Positions 24,542 through 39,839 of a stretch of DNA of 64,000 bases are shown here, piece after piece. The stretch's first letter is position 1, and every line of letters begins with the position of its first letter. This DNA comes from Dictyostelium discoideum (lineage: Eukaryota), in contig CM000151.3 in the NCBI GenBank assembly GCA_000004695.1, positions 6,944,001-7,008,000 on the forward strand, written 5' to 3'. Both the position numbers and the translations under genes were made by a program. The notes below the pieces were generated by a model that searched no databases, was not told the DNA's origin, and saw only the letters and a list, made by a program, of their open reading frames with translations.

Positions 24542-27500
24542 ATTACCAAGAGATTGGGGTAAAACATTAAAAAGATCTGTAAATAAATTAGTAACAGTAA
24601 GAAGAGATAGTACTGCACAAAGAACATCATCAATTGGTAGTGGACTTGGTGATAGCAATAATAGTAGTAATAGTAGTAATAATAATAATAGTATAGCAAA
24701 ACAAAAATCAACATCATCATCAGCATTATTACAAAAACCACAATATGAAAATAATATACAAATTAGAGAACAAGGACTACTACTACAACTACCACCACCA
24801 CCGCCACCACCACCAATTAAATCATTTGAACATGAAATTGCAAATAAATTAAGATTATCAACACCTGATGATTTAGCATTATCACTTGAGAAATCAACTA
24901 GTAATAATAAATTATCAAAGTCTTCAAATATTAGACCAAAATCATCAACTACAACAACAACCACAACAACCACCAACACAACCAATAATAATAGTGGTAA
25001 TACAACAACGACAACAACGCCACCAACAACACCAAGTAAAAAATCAACAACTAGAAAATCATCACCAACTAAATTAACAACACCAACACCAACACAATTA
25101 CAAACATCTACATCTACATCGACAATAATAAATTTAGAGAATAATAATAATAATGAAGAATTAGAAAGAAGTACATCAATTTTAAGTAGTTTAGTATCAC
25201 TTTCAAAATTAGATTCATCAAATAGTAGTAAGAGTATGGATAATTTAGTGATTGGATCACCAACATTAATTAGAAGGGATATTCATATAACGTGGAATCA
25301 TGTATCTGGTCAATTTGAAGGTGTACCAGATGAATGGCAATCAATGTTACAACCAATAACATCAGAAAAACAAAGAAAAAAGAGAATGGATTTAAGAAAG
25401 AGATTAATTCGTGAAGAATCTTTAAAATGTGATAAAGAGGAGAAATCAAGACAACAAATCCGTGATCGTAGAGAAAGATCAAGGTTATTAAGAATTGAAA
25501 GAAGAAGATCTGTTTATTTATCAAGAACAAATTCAAATAGTTTAACATCACCATCACCAACTGCAATAGCAACATCATCACCTCAACCTTTACCACCACC
25601 ATTTAAATCTTATTCATTACAAAATTTTAGATTATGGCAAATTTCAGGTACAGAATTATTTAAAACTAAAAGAGTTGAAGCATGTTTTGATTCATTATGT
25701 TGTAATGATGTTTTCGTTTTAGATTGTGGTAAAGTTATTTATGTTTGGATCGGTCAAGGTTCATCATTACAAAAGCAAGTTAAAGGTGCTTCAGTTGCAA
25801 ATAAAATTAAATATGAAAATGACTATATCAATGAACCAATTATAATTGAATTTTTAATTGATAATGAAAAATCACCTGAACATACTGAATTTTTTAGAAA
25901 TTTAACAACAACAACAACAAACTCACCATCATCAACAACAACAACATCAACCACATCAAATCAACAACAACCAATTACAATTAATAATGTTTTTACAAAT
26001 AACTTAATAATTAATGAAAAAGTTTTAAAGATTGGACAATCAGATGATCAAATACTTCAAGAAGAAGATTCAGAAGTTACATGGTTATATAGAGTTAATG
26101 ATAATGGTAAAATTAATATGATTGATGAGAAACCATTGGTACCAACACTATTGAATAGTAATACTTGTTTTATTTTAGATTGTGAAACTGATATTTACGT
26201 TTGGCATGGTAAATATTCTCATCCATTGAAACAAAAAGTTGCAGTAATATTTGCAAAAGAATTTTTAAATATCTTCTCACAAAGACCAACTTGGGCATCA
26301 TTACATATAGTTCATCAAGGTGAAGAACAGTGGTTCTTTAAAGAGCATTTCTTATATTGGTTAGAAGATGAATGTTTAATTGATAATTCTAAAAGAAATA
26401 CCCTAACTTTTAGATTAGGTACTTCTTCAAATGGTATCACTGGTAATGGTAATGGTGTCAATATAATTAATAAAGGTATAGGCAGTCATATCAATTTACC
26501 AACACCTATTCCAATTGATTCAAATTTCATGGTATCTGATTTATTCTCAATACCTGATCCATATAATACAAAACCAATTTCATTATCACCATCACCATCA
26601 ACTTCATCAATTTTAAATAATAATAGTAATAATTTTAGTGTAAATAGTAATAGTAGTAGTAGAAGTAGTATTATGTTATTAAATAATAGTAATAATGATA
26701 AAAAACAACATATTTCATTAGATATTTGGAAAGGTGAAGGTGATCAATGGAAGAAACTAACAAAAGATTTATATGGTCATTTTGAAACATCAAAATGTTA
26801 TGTTTGTCATCATGTTTATAAAATTAATGGTAAATTTCAATCAAGAGCTTACTTTTGGCAAGGATGTGAAGCATCCATTAGATGGTGGATCGTATTTCAA
26901 TTTGGTCTTTATAAAGAATTGGGTGAACATATGCAAATGTTAGATTCCTCACCACCACCAACTGAATGTTTAACTCAAAATAAAGAATCTCATGAATTTT
27001 TAAAATTATTTAATAATATTTTCATTCATTATACAACAAGATCAGAATCACATGAAACCAATAATGGCAGTGGTAATAGTATGGCACCATCATCATCATC
27101 ATTATCAATTTCTTCAATGTCTTCAATGGGTTCTGGTGTTTCATCAACTTCTTCAACGACACAACAACTTCAACAACAACAACAACAACAAAATAAACAA
27201 CATCATATTAGTATGTGTGGATTAGGTAGTAATACAAAACAAACACTTTATCAAATTACTTTAATTGCAAATACATTTACAAGATCTGTACAATTTCAAG
27301 AGTTTGATGCATCATGTTTAAATAGTAGAGATATGTTTATATTTCATTCGTTTGCTGCAAAAACTATATTCGTTTGGCATGGTAAAGGATGTAGTAAAGA
27401 GTTGAAATTAATTAGTCAAAATATTGCAAATTCAATATTGACTTATTATCAAAATACTGGTGAAATTTCAAAGAATGAAATGGATTTAGTAATTGATTGT

Positions 27501-28574
27501 CAAGAAGGTCAAGAACCACCAATATTTTGGAAACTTTTCTTATCCCTAACAAATAGTGCTGCTCAAAATGTTACAACAATGCCATTAGAACAAAAAAGAA
27601 ATTTCTATGCTTATGACCCATATTATGATCAACAACAACAACAACAACTCTCAACAATCAATAGTGTTGGTATTAGTGGTGGTGGTAGTAGTAATAATAA
27701 TAATTTAATAATTGAAAATAATAGAATACCACCAAAATTTTATCACATTTTTTATAATATTAAAGTTCGTACTTATGTTGTTACAAAGATTAGTCCATTT
27801 TGTCAAGGTGATCTTTGTGAAGAGGATTCATTCATTTTGGATTGTTTTTATAAGATATTTGTTTGGTTTGGTCCAGATTGTTCAAATAGAAAGAGGGAGA
27901 CCACTAAACAATTGGCAAAACAATATATTGAAGAATCAACCATTGGTCATTCAATTGATTCTACTAAATTGGTATTAATTGAATCTGGTGAAGAGGATGC
28001 AGAATTTAGATCATATTTTCAAGGTTGGTCCTATAATTTCATTTTAACCAATTGGAAAAATAATTCTCAATCTTTAATTGGCGCAGGTGCTGATCATAGA
28101 TTACTAAATTCAATAGTTTCCTATAGTTCAATGTCATCTCAAGTTGATAATATTGGCGGTGTTGAATCTGGTGATGAAGGTGGTGGCTATGGGTATGGTT
28201 ATGGTGGTTATGCTGATTCTAATAGCACAACAACAACAAGTTGTAATACTACAAACAATTCAACTTGTGGTACACCATTATCAAGTTCACCAATGTCTTG
28301 TTCACCTGGTTTTGGTTCATTTAATTTAGCTTCAACAATTATTAATACATCAAATGATGCTAATACTTTATCACAACCTTTAGAATCTTGGGAATTAGAA
28401 TTAGAATCAACCATTAATTCAATTAAAAAGAAACCAATCTTCTCTCCAAAACAACCTTCATCATCATCATCATCATCATCCTCTTCTTCTAATCCATCAA
28501 ATCAACATAAAATTAAAAAATATGATACAATTAAACAAATGTTAGATGAATTCGAACATACTCCAAATAATAAA

Positions 28575-28629
<55 letters not shown>

Positions 28630-29681
28630 TTAATAGTAGTAACTATGCTACCAATTTACCATCAATTACTGAAACTTCACCACCACCAACATTATCAATT
28701 TCTTTACCATCACAGTCTGATAATCAAACAATTTCAGAATTACCATCAATTTGTGATCCATTAGTAAATGAAGAATCAGAGAATAGTACTGGTAGTAGTA
28801 GTGGTAGTATTACAACAACCACCACAACAACTACAACAACTACAAATTTAAAACTACCACCACAATCACCCCCACAACTAATTGTTAATAAGAGAACATC
28901 ACAACATCAACATTTACAAGCACCTCCAAGTCCAAATCTTTCACCAGTTTTAAAGAATAGATTAATTGAACTTGCTCATGTAAATAATGCTAAACATAGA
29001 AAAAGGGGAGCTAGTGAAACAAAGAAATCAAGTCCACTCTTAAAAAGTATTTCAAAGGATAGACCATCAGCAATCGTTATCAATAATGTCACAAGAAATC
29101 ATGGTGGTTCTATAGATGCTAAATCAATGCAAGATTTAAAATTAAATAAAGTTGATATGGAATTAGATTTAGAAGTTATTAAACTTGAAAATGAATTATC
29201 TGTAATTGTTGAAAATATTCAAGATCATTCTCAAACTACTAATATTAAAACTGATAATATTATTAATAATAATAATAATTACAATAACAACAAATTAGAT
29301 ACAAATACTTCAACTACAACTACAACGACAACCGCTTTAGAAAAAATTGAGAGTAATACAAACAACAATGAAAAGATTGATGCTTCATCTGCTGTAGTTG
29401 CCAATACTGCTTGTAATAAACCAATTGAACAACAAGAAATTATTGAAGCACCTATTCAAAGAAAAATTTCAATACCAAATTTACCAATAGGTGCCAATAT
29501 AACACCAACACCAGTTCTAGTTCATACTTTATCATCACAATCAATTGCACCTCAATCACCATCGACAATTAAAAAAGTGGCATTAAAAGTTTCAGTTCCC
29601 GTAAAACCAATTGAAATTCAAAATATTGCTCTTACTACCTCAAATGCTACAATCTCTCAATCACCAAGACAATCAACTGTA

Positions 29682-29765
<84 letters not shown>

Positions 29766-30410
29766 ATAATTACACCAAGAACATCATTCCAACAACAACA
29801 ACAAAATGCTTCATTAGCAAATTCAACTACAACAGCACCAAGTGTACAGAAATTTAAAATTAATACATCAACAATTCCAACAAATAATGGATTAGTTTCA
29901 CCAAGACCTCCATTACCAACAACATCTTCTTCTTCATCATCATCATCATCATCAAGTAGTGCAACCATAAATAATGGGCTAGTTTCACCAAGACCTCCAT
30001 TACCAACATCATCATCAAATAGTTCTACTACAAACAATGGATTAACTTCACCAAGAATTATTACAACACCAAGAATTAATGGAAGTAATCCAAATGTACC
30101 AAAAAATATATCACCTTCTAAATCAAATAATGCCACTACATCCTCATCAACAACAACAACCACCTCATCACCACCACCATTACAAAGAACAAACTCTGTA
30201 AAAGATAGAATTAATCAAGTTGAAAGTATTGTAAAAAGTATATCAGAATCTACTAATAAATTACCACCAAAACCAATTCAAAGATCAGATTCTCAAATAT
30301 CATTCAAATCAACAATAAACACATCCTCAAATCCAATTCCAAAACCAACATTCGTACCTGAACCAATTACTCCAAAATGCGCGCCATCTCCAAAGGCTTT
30401 TATAAGATAA
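23980..30410 (+). CDS. Very large (about 2100 aa) protein with two tandem CRIB/PBD motifs followed by at least five gelsolin-like repeats and a long S/T/N-rich low-complexity C-terminus. It is a putative Rac/Cdc42-effector actin-binding protein. It has 2 exons.
   Basis: Exon 1 is 23980..24423, with a GTAAGT donor. Exon 2 is 24540..30410, with an acceptor after an A-run. CRIB 1 spans the intron: ISSPFGFAHITHVNFDSSNQELT|GLPRDWGKTLKRS. CRIB 2 is IGSPTLIRRDIHITWNHVSGQFEGVPDEWQSMLQ, which matches PAK [34 protein letters not shown]. The gelsolin segments are ..FVLDCGKVIYVWIGQGSS.., ..CFILDCETDIYVWHGKYS.., ..MFIFHSFAAKTIFVWHGKGCS.. and ..SFILDCFYKIFVWFGPDCS... Poly-N tracts are encoded by (AAT)n at 28565-28625 and 29684-29762. 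Confidence 0.8.
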
Positions 30411-30757
30411 ATAGATAAATAATGATCATTTCATTTATTTTTTTTTTTCTTTTTTTTTTTTTCTTTTTTTTCTTGGGTGGAAAAAAAAAATATAAAAAAT
30501 AATAACAATAATAATAATAATTGGTTGTATAATAAAATTTATTTATTTTTTTTTCTTTTTTTTTATAATTAAAGTTTGATACATTTTCTTTTTATTTATT
30601 TTATTTATTTATTTCCAGTTTTATCTATTACAGTCAATACAATAATCTACTTCATGAGAATGGCTATAACTGCATTCATTGCAATCACAATGATTATCAC
30701 TAATAATATTAGTACAAAATATATATATATAATATTAAATGTAGAATAAATTTAAAC

Positions 30758-31419
<662 letters not shown>

Positions 31420-31552
31420 TTTGAATTATGTGTTGAGTCTTTGTTTATTTATGTAATATTGTATTGAATTTTTTTTTTTTTTATTTTTTTTAATTCCTAA
31501 AAAAAAAAAAAAAAATTTTGGCGGGTTGGTAATAAGAATGTGTTTCCCGTCC

Positions 31553-31589
<37 letters not shown>

Positions 31590-31984
31590 CTTTATATATA
31601 TATAAATTTTAAATATAATCTAAAAATAATATTTTATTTCAATCAGATTTTACTAAATATTTTAATTTTACAAAAAAAAAAAAAAAATATAAATTTAAAA
31701 TCTGGAAAACACATAATTCATTGTGGGCTGAATTTAAAAAAAAAAAAAAAAAAAAAAATAAAATTAAAATAAAAAAAAAAAATAAAAAAAAATAAAAAAT
31801 TGAAAAACGAAAAAATAAAATTTTTTTTTTTTTTTTTTTTATTATTGCATTATTATATTATTTATTTACTTTTTTTTAAAATTCTACAATTTGTGAATAT
31901 TAAAAAATATAATAGTTTTTTTTTTTTTTTTTTAGGAAAATAATTAACTATCCAAGAAATACACACATATATAAATAATAAATA

Positions 31985-33247
31985 ATGATTATAATAACAA
32001 AACCAATTTTAACAACTATTTTAAAACAAGGTTTTAAGTTTAGCAATTCACAATCAAATCAAATTATTAGATCATATTCAAAAGGTTTACTATTGGGTCA
32101 AAATGGTTTCGATTTTAATAATAGAAATAAACAAATTATTTCGTTTTCATCATTAAATAATTGTAAAAATATTAAAGGTTTATCATTTTTTAGAATAACA
32201 AGACAATTTTCATCATCAAATACACCAACCAAAAATAATAATAATAATAATAATAATAATGATAACGATAATAATAATGACAATAATAATAATGAAAATA
32301 AAAACGAAAATGAGGGTGAGGGTGAAAAAGATGAAAATAAACTTGAGGAAGTTGAAATTTCATCAGAGGAAGCTTCATCATTAAGAAATAAAAGAAAAGA
32401 TAAACTTGCAGGTATGTTTAATAAACCTAAAGAACCTGTAAAAAAAGAAGAGGAGGCAGCAGCAGCAACAGCAGCATCAGAACAAGAAGAAGTTCAACAA
32501 GAAGAAAAAGAGTCATCAAATACTGAGGAAAATCAAGTTAAAGAGGAGCAAGCTAAAAGTAATGATGTCATTATTGAACCACAAGTTTTTACAGATGGTA
32601 AAGGTGAAAAGGTTGTTATTGAAGGTGATCTTTCAACCTTTTACATCTACACTATTTTCTCTGCATTATTTGTTGGTACCATTGGTATTGCAATTGCAAA
32701 ATTAATTTCAGATTGGAGAAATAGTGCAACTGGTGTACTTGGTATTCAACAATTTGATTTCGTTTTATTGATTCAAGATATTTATTTTGGTGATTTAAAA
32801 CCTGCAATGGAAGTTGGTAATAAAGAATTCAATGAAAAAACTAAAAAGAATTACTTTTTTGATGAAGCTAATGTATGTAATAATAATAAATAATAATATA
32901 GATAATAATGATGATTTTATTTTTATTTTATAAAGATATTAGTTTTTTTATTACATTTTTTATTAATAATAAAAATTTAAATTTTATAGATTAAACATGC
33001 AACACTTGGTGATACAATTACATTAATTATTCCAATTTTACAAAAGAAAACAAATGCAAGATTAGGACATGTAAATGTTGATTTTTGCAAAGAAGGTAAT
33101 GAAATGACCATTCAAAATTTCTATATCAATGCAATCAATGGTTATGTTTATGACCTTCCAGCACCAAAACATAAGATTGACACAACAAAAGAAAGATACA
33201 GTGGTAAATATTCATTAGAAGAATTATTGGCTGATCCAACACTTTAA
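31985..33247 (+). CDS. Mitochondrial-type single-pass membrane protein, TIM21/Coa1-like (tentative). It has 2 exons.
   Basis: Exon 1 is 31985..32872 with a GTATGT donor. Exon 2 is 32990..33247. There is an N-terminal presequence-like region (MIIITKPILTTILKQGFKFS..RSYSK) and a poly-N/acidic linker. One TM helix is present (FYIYTIFSALFVGTIGIAIAKLI). It is followed by about 130 aa (..GHVNVDFCKEGNEMTIQNFYINAINGYVYDLPAPKHKID..) with a Tim21-like beta pattern. Confidence 0.4.
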
Positions 33248-33541
33248 AATTATAATAATAAAGAAATAAAAAAATAAAAAAATAAAAAAAAAATAAAAAA
33301 ATAAAAAAATAAAAAAATAAAAAAATAAAAAAAAAGAGATAAATAAAATGAAAAAAGAAATAAATAAAATAAAAAAATAAAAAATTAAAAAAAAAAAAAA
33401 AAGCAACTATATTTTATTTTACAAACTATTTTATGATGAGTTTAAATTAATATATATATAAAGTATATTTATTTATTTTATAATTAAATTTTTTTTTTTT
33501 TTTTATATTAAACTTTTATTATTACATTAAGATTTATTTAT

Positions 33542-34818
33542 TTATTTATTTACATTATTTTTATTAAAATTTTCAATTTTCTTTTGTTCTTGTAAAGTTT
33601 TCTTTAATCTTTCTGTACTATTATATTTATTAATGAATGGTTTTAATTCATCTTTGATTGGTACTTCAATAGTTTCACCATGTTTTAAAGAATTTGGTAA
33701 AACATATGGACCATAAGCAACACGAATTAAACGTAAAACTTTAACATTGAAATATTCTAATAATGTTCTAATCTCTCTTTTCTTACCTTCTTGCAATGTT
33801 ATACGTAACCATGTGTTTGAATCGGTTTCACTCTCGACTTGAACACTCACTGGTCTATAGAAAACTTCATTTATAACCATACCTTTTGCAAGACTAAATT
33901 TCATTTCATCTGTAAATTTACCAAATATTCTTACCTTGTAAACACGGAAAAATAAATTCTGTGGTAATGTTAAATATCTTGCCAATTCACCATCATTTGT
34001 AAATAAAATCAATCCCTCTGTATAATAATCTAATCTACCAACTGATATCAAATGATCAATTCCTATAACTTTTCTAATAATTGGTAATAAACAATCTCTA
34101 CCATCTGGATCATATTCTGATGTCAAAACTTGTGGATTCTTAAAATGCATCCAAATTTTTGGTTTATCTACTTTAATCTTTTTTGAAAATTTTAATTAAT
34201 ATTAATATATTAATTAAAAATAAATAGAATAAAATATGAAAAACTTACTGGTTTATCATCAACTGTAATTATATCATGTGGTTTAACTAATATTTCTTCC
34301 ATTTTAATTATTTTACCATTAACTTTAACTCTACCATCTATAATTAATTCTTCAGCTTTTCTTCTTGAAGCAATACCTGCTCTTGCTAAAATCTTTTGAA
34401 TTCTTTCAGTACCGATTTTACCATCTTCTACAAAACCTTCACCTTTTTTAATAAAATCATTTTCTTTAATTTTTTCTGCATCTTTACTCCAAAAACTTAT
34501 TTCTGGATAACCATCTTTTTTCATATCTTTTTCATTTAATTCACCTTGTTTTTTTGCTAATTTTTGTTCTCTAAATTTGTCACGTCTAAGTTTCTTTAAA
34601 TATGACCCAATTTTATCTAATCTTGGTATCTTTTTTGATGTTGAATAATTTAATAATGATGATTGTATTAATGATGATGGTGTTGTTTGATTTATAAATA
34701 AAGATGAAAATGATTGAACATTTTGTTTTAAAATTGTTAATGATAACGATGATGGACCAAGTGGTATATTCGCTTTATATCTTCCTAATATATTAAAACA
34801 ATTATTTAATTTAAACAT
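33542..34818 (-). CDS. RNA pseudouridine synthase of the RsuA/RluB family with an N-terminal S4 RNA-binding domain, likely organellar. It has 2 exons.
   Basis: Exon 1 is 34818..34252 (...RIQKILARAGIASRRKAEELIIDGRVKVNGKIIKMEEILVKPHDIITVDDKP) with a GTAAGT donor. Exon 2 is 34177..33542 (IKVDKPKIWMHFKNPQVLTSEYDPDGRDCLLPII..IGIDHLISVGRLDYYTEGLILFTNDGELARYLTLP...). The catalytic-Asp motif GRLD and the TNDGEL motif are present. Confidence 0.85.
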
Positions 34819-34921
34819 TTTTTATAATCAAAAATAAATAAAAAAAATAAAAAAATGAAAAGGATTATAAAAAAAAAAAAAACGAAAAATGACTTTTTCA
34901 TTTAATTTTTTGTCAGCTTTT

Positions 34922-34956
<35 letters not shown>

Positions 34957-35250
34957 TCTTTTCATTTTTTTTATTTTGTGGAAATGTGTTGGGTAGGATT
35001 TTATAAGTTTTAATATCCTTACTTTAATTTGATTTTATTAAGACATTAATTATTTTTTTAAATTCTAAAATATATTTCTTTCAATTAAAAAAAAAAAAAA
35101 ATAAAATAAATAAAAAAAAAAAAAAAAAAAAAATTATTCATTTAATAATTAATACAAAATAAAAAAAAAAATCCCAATTTTTTTGTATAGAAAAAATAGT
35201 TTCCAAACAATGCCCATAAAAGGAAACAAGGATTGTTAATTTTTTTTTTT

Positions 35251-35312
<62 letters not shown>

Positions 35313-35796
35313 TTTATTTTAAAGAAAATTTTCTTTTCACCTTTTTTTTTTTTTTTTTTTTTTTACTTTTTTCAAAAATAATAATATTTTCTTTTTTTTG
35401 TGTGGGTGTGTTTTATTTATTATTCATATAACCTGATTTATTCATTTTAATAATAATTTTTTTTTTTATTAAAAAAAAAAATAAAAAATAAAAAATAAAA
35501 AAATAAAAAAAATAAAAAACCAAACAAAGCAAAACACCTCTAACATTAAAAATTTTACACACAAAAAAAATAAAAAAAATAAAATAAAATAAAGGAGATA
35601 ATTGTAGTAGTAGAAGTAAAAAAAAAAAAAAAAAAACAAACAAAATAAATAAAAAAAACAAAACAAAACAAAATTGTATAATAAAATTTAGAAAAGAACT
35701 CAAACTAAACAAAATAAAGGTTGAAAAATAATAATAATAAAATATAAACAATAATTTTTTTAAAAAAAAAATAAAAATAAAGAAACAAAAATAAAA

Positions 35797-36914
35797 ATGG
35801 AGTCATTTACAGAGAAAATGTTTGATTTTCAAAGAAGAGCAACACAAGCAGTACTTCAAAAGATGGGAGCATCAGAAACAACAATTGATGAACAATTTGA
35901 AAATACTCATACAAATTTTAAAAGATTAGGTGAATTTTTAACACATTTAGAGGAATCAACACAATCATCATTAACTCAAATGGAAAAGATGTGTTTTGCA
36001 AATAATCAATTAGCATCATCTTTATGTAATTTCGTATTATCAGAGTTATCAAATGATGACACTGAATTCTCTACAGGTTTATTATCGAAATTCTTTTTAA
36101 AAACTTCAACCAATCCAAACCTATCTCAAATGGAAAACACTAAAGAGTTTGAATTGAGACAATCAAAATTTCAAGAATCAGTTCAAAGATTATACGATAG
36201 TTTCGGTACAATGGGTCATGAAAATATGGCCTCTACTCAAGATGAAATCAATCATAAAATCGTACGTCCAATTAAAAGAGATCAAGATTATAATAAAGTA
36301 ACTAAACAATTAATAGAAAAAAGAAAAAAATTAAATTTAGATTATGATTCAATTAAAAGATCAAAGTAATTATTAATATATATATATATATATACACATA
36401 TTATATATATTAAATTTAATTTATTTCATTTACTAATTATTATTGTTATGTTTTTTTTTTATTTTTTTTTTATAAAAGTGATAATGAAAAAATTAAATTA
36501 GTTAAAGAAGAATTTGATATATTATCAAAGAAAACAGCATCACATCTTCAAAATAGGTCATATGTAAGATGTAAATTAATAGTTCATAGTGTAATCACTA
36601 TGGTACAACAATTTTGTATGTTTTTCGAATCAAACTCTGTACTTTTAGAAGGATTATTAACATTTATAGAACCACTCATTCAAACTTATCAATTAAATAC
36701 CGAGCAATTAACTGATATCTATACAATTAAAAAAACAACAACCCCCACCACCACCACCACTACTACCTCTTCACCTTCATCTTCTTCACCTAGACAACAA
36801 CCATTTAATGGCAGTAATAACAATGGTAATACTCCAACTGGAAAACCGATACCATCTTCACCACCTCCAACTTATAAAGAGCATTTAGATAATAATAATA
36901 GTAATAATAGTAAT

Positions 36915-36950
<36 letters not shown>

Positions 36951-37107
36951 AACCAACAAAGAAATAATAACAATAATAATAATAATAAAAATAATAATAT
37001 GAATGAAAGTCATCAAAATTTAAATGAAGAATTTACACAAAAGGCATCATTTCAAGGATCACCATCAGATTCAAATAGTAGTACAAGTAGTAATAATTAT
37101 TCACCTC

Positions 37108-37172
<65 letters not shown>

Positions 37173-37576
37173 CCACCACCACCAAAGGAAGAGAAATTAT
37201 TTAGCGTTTGGGATGATGATTTAAATGGTAAATCTAATGATGATAATAATACGGCAAGCAATAGTAATAGTAAGAGTAAAAGCAATGATGATGATGATTG
37301 GATGTATAATAATAATAGTAGCGACAATAAACCAAATTTGAGTAGGTCCGATACAACTTGGGAAGATCCTTTAGTACCAGAAAACAGCTCCTATTCAAAA
37401 CCAGCATATTCTTCATTTAATAATACTCCACAACAACCGCAATACTTTAATACACAACCTCAACAACAACAACAACAACAATTTAATAGACAGCCACATC
37501 AACAACAACAACAACAACAACAACAACAGCAACAACCTTTTAACAGACAGCCATCTCAACCATACCAACCACCTCC

Positions 37577-37619
<43 letters not shown>

Positions 37620-38102
37620 AAAAAATCAAGCGGATTTGAAAATATATTTGGTGATTTTGATTTTACCTCTCCTTCACAACAAAGACAGAACCCACAACCG
37701 CCTCAACAACAAAGTAATTATTTTAATAATGGTATGCCACCACAATCATCAGTTTCTCAACATGTTGATAATCACCAACATGAAAGATCAAATGTTGAAC
37801 CTATAGTATCAGAGAAAATAAAAATGTGGGGTGAAAAGGGTGGTAGAAAGAATAATTTAAGAGTTTTATTATCGACACTTCATGAGGTTTTATGGATAGA
37901 AAGTGGTTGGGAAAAAGTAACCTATGGTTCATTGGTTACTCCAATTCAAGTTAAAAAGGTTTATCGTAAGGCAATCATCGTTGTCCATCCTGATAAAGTT
38001 CATAATGGTACAATGGAACAAAAAATGATTGCTCAAAGAATTTTCGAAACTCTTAGAGACCAATTTGAAGTTTTTAAAGTTGATTTAGAACCATCAAATT
38101 AA
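35797..38102 (+). CDS. Protein with an N-terminal arfaptin-homology/BAR domain, a long poly-Q/N linker and a C-terminal auxilin-type J domain. It has 2 exons.
   Basis: Exon 1 is 35797..36365 with donor GTAATT. Exon 2 is 36479..38102. The N-terminus (MESFTEKMFDFQRRATQAVLQKMGASETTIDEQFENTHTNFKRLGEFLTHLEE...CNFVLSELSNDDTEFSTGLLSKFF...|...VRCKLIVHSVITMVQQFCMFFESNSVLLEGLLTFIEPLIQTYQ) looks AH/BAR-like. The C-terminus ([87 protein letters not shown]) closely matches the auxilin/GAK J domain (..[35 protein letters not shown]..). Confidence 0.8.
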
Positions 38103-38380
38103 TTAAAAAATAAAAAAAAAAAAATAAAAAAAAAAAAAGAAAAAAAAAAAGAAATAAAAAAGAAATAAAAATAAAAATAAAAAAATAAAATAAAAACAAT
38201 TAAATTAATAAATGAAAAATAAATAAATACTCTAAGGATCTTTTATTTATTTTAATATATTTATTTATTTGGGAAAAAATGATAAAATGGTTGACCCACT
38301 AAAAGAGAAAAAAGATAATTGTTTAATTTATTTTATTTTTATTACAACAGACTAATTAAAGTTTCATTTAATATTTTAAA

Positions 38381-38745
<365 letters not shown>

Positions 38746-38989
38746 GTTAACCCAGCAATTCAAAATTTTTAAAAAACAATAAAAAAAACATTTCCAAAAA
38801 AAAAAATACAAGATGATTTTAAAATCATCTTATATTTTTTTTTTAAAATTCAAATATTAAAAATGATTATCTTTGTATTTAAATATAAGAACTAATTATT
38901 AAATTTGTTATGAATTAAAATTATTATTATATAAATAATATTTTTGAAAATAGATGTAAAATCTATAATCAAAACAAATAAACTCAAAG

Positions 38990-39025
<36 letters not shown>

Positions 39026-39476
39026 TATTATTATTTTGATAGTAATTAATTAAATAAAAAAAAAATTAAAATATTTTATATGATATTACTTTTATTTGTT
39101 GTTTTTTTTTTTTCTTTCATATTTTGTTTTTTTTTTAAAAAATTTGAAAATTGCGTTTAAAGTTCATAATGGTACAATGGAACTAAAAATGATTGCTCAA
39201 AGAATTTTCGAAACTCTTAGAGAACAATTTGAAGTTGGTTTAAAATCATCAAATTAATAAAAAATAAAAGAAATAAAAAAATAAAAAAACAAATAAAAAA
39301 GAAATAAAAATAAAAAAATAAAATAAAAACAATTAAATTAATTAATGAAAATAAATAAATACTCTAAGGATCTTTTATTTATTTTAATATATTTATTTAT
39401 TTGGGAAAAAATGATAAAATGGTTGACCCACAAAAAGAGAAAAATGATAATTGTTTAATTTATTATTATTTTATTT

Positions 39477-39839
39477 TTATTTTGGCACATCGAATTTTTT
39501 TTCAATTTTTTTACCAACTATATTTCCTCCTACACAAGAAGAAATAGCAGCAATGACTGAAGTTTTACTAGCAACTAATAAAGTGCCAGTTGCACCAATT
39601 GATTGAGCAGTTGCAACTATCGCACTACCCGACCCTAATGCTGAAGCGATGGATGCAGCTGCACTACCAGCCGCAATACCACCTGACGTGAAACCTACAT
39701 ACGAAACTAACAATGGTGCACCTCCAAAGCAAACTCCACCAATCACAAGAGTACTAGCGATGACTGGGTGCTCTTTTGAAAATTGAACTACTTTTCCACT
39801 AACTTTTTTTATAAAACCATTATTATTTTCCCCATCCAT
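39477..39839 (-). CDS. IFI6/IFI27 (ISG12, pfam Ifi-6-16) family small Gly/Ala-rich membrane protein. It has a single exon and lies inside duplicate unit B.
   Basis: The sequence is MDGENNNGFIKKVSGKVVQFSKEHPVIASTLVIGGVCFGGAPLLVSYVGFTSGGIAAGSAAASIASALGSGSAIVATAQSIGATGTLLVASKTSVIAAISSCVGGNIVGKKIEKKFDVPK. The GFTS(A/G)GIAAGS..A..QS(L/I)GATG core is the signature of this family. Confidence 0.75.
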   Translation of the reverse strand: MDGENNNGFIKKVSGKVVQFSKEHPVIASTLVIGGVCFGGAPLLVSYVGFTSGGIAAGSAAASIASALGSGSAIVATAQSIGATGTLLVASKTSVIAAISSCVGGNIVGKKIEKKFDVPK

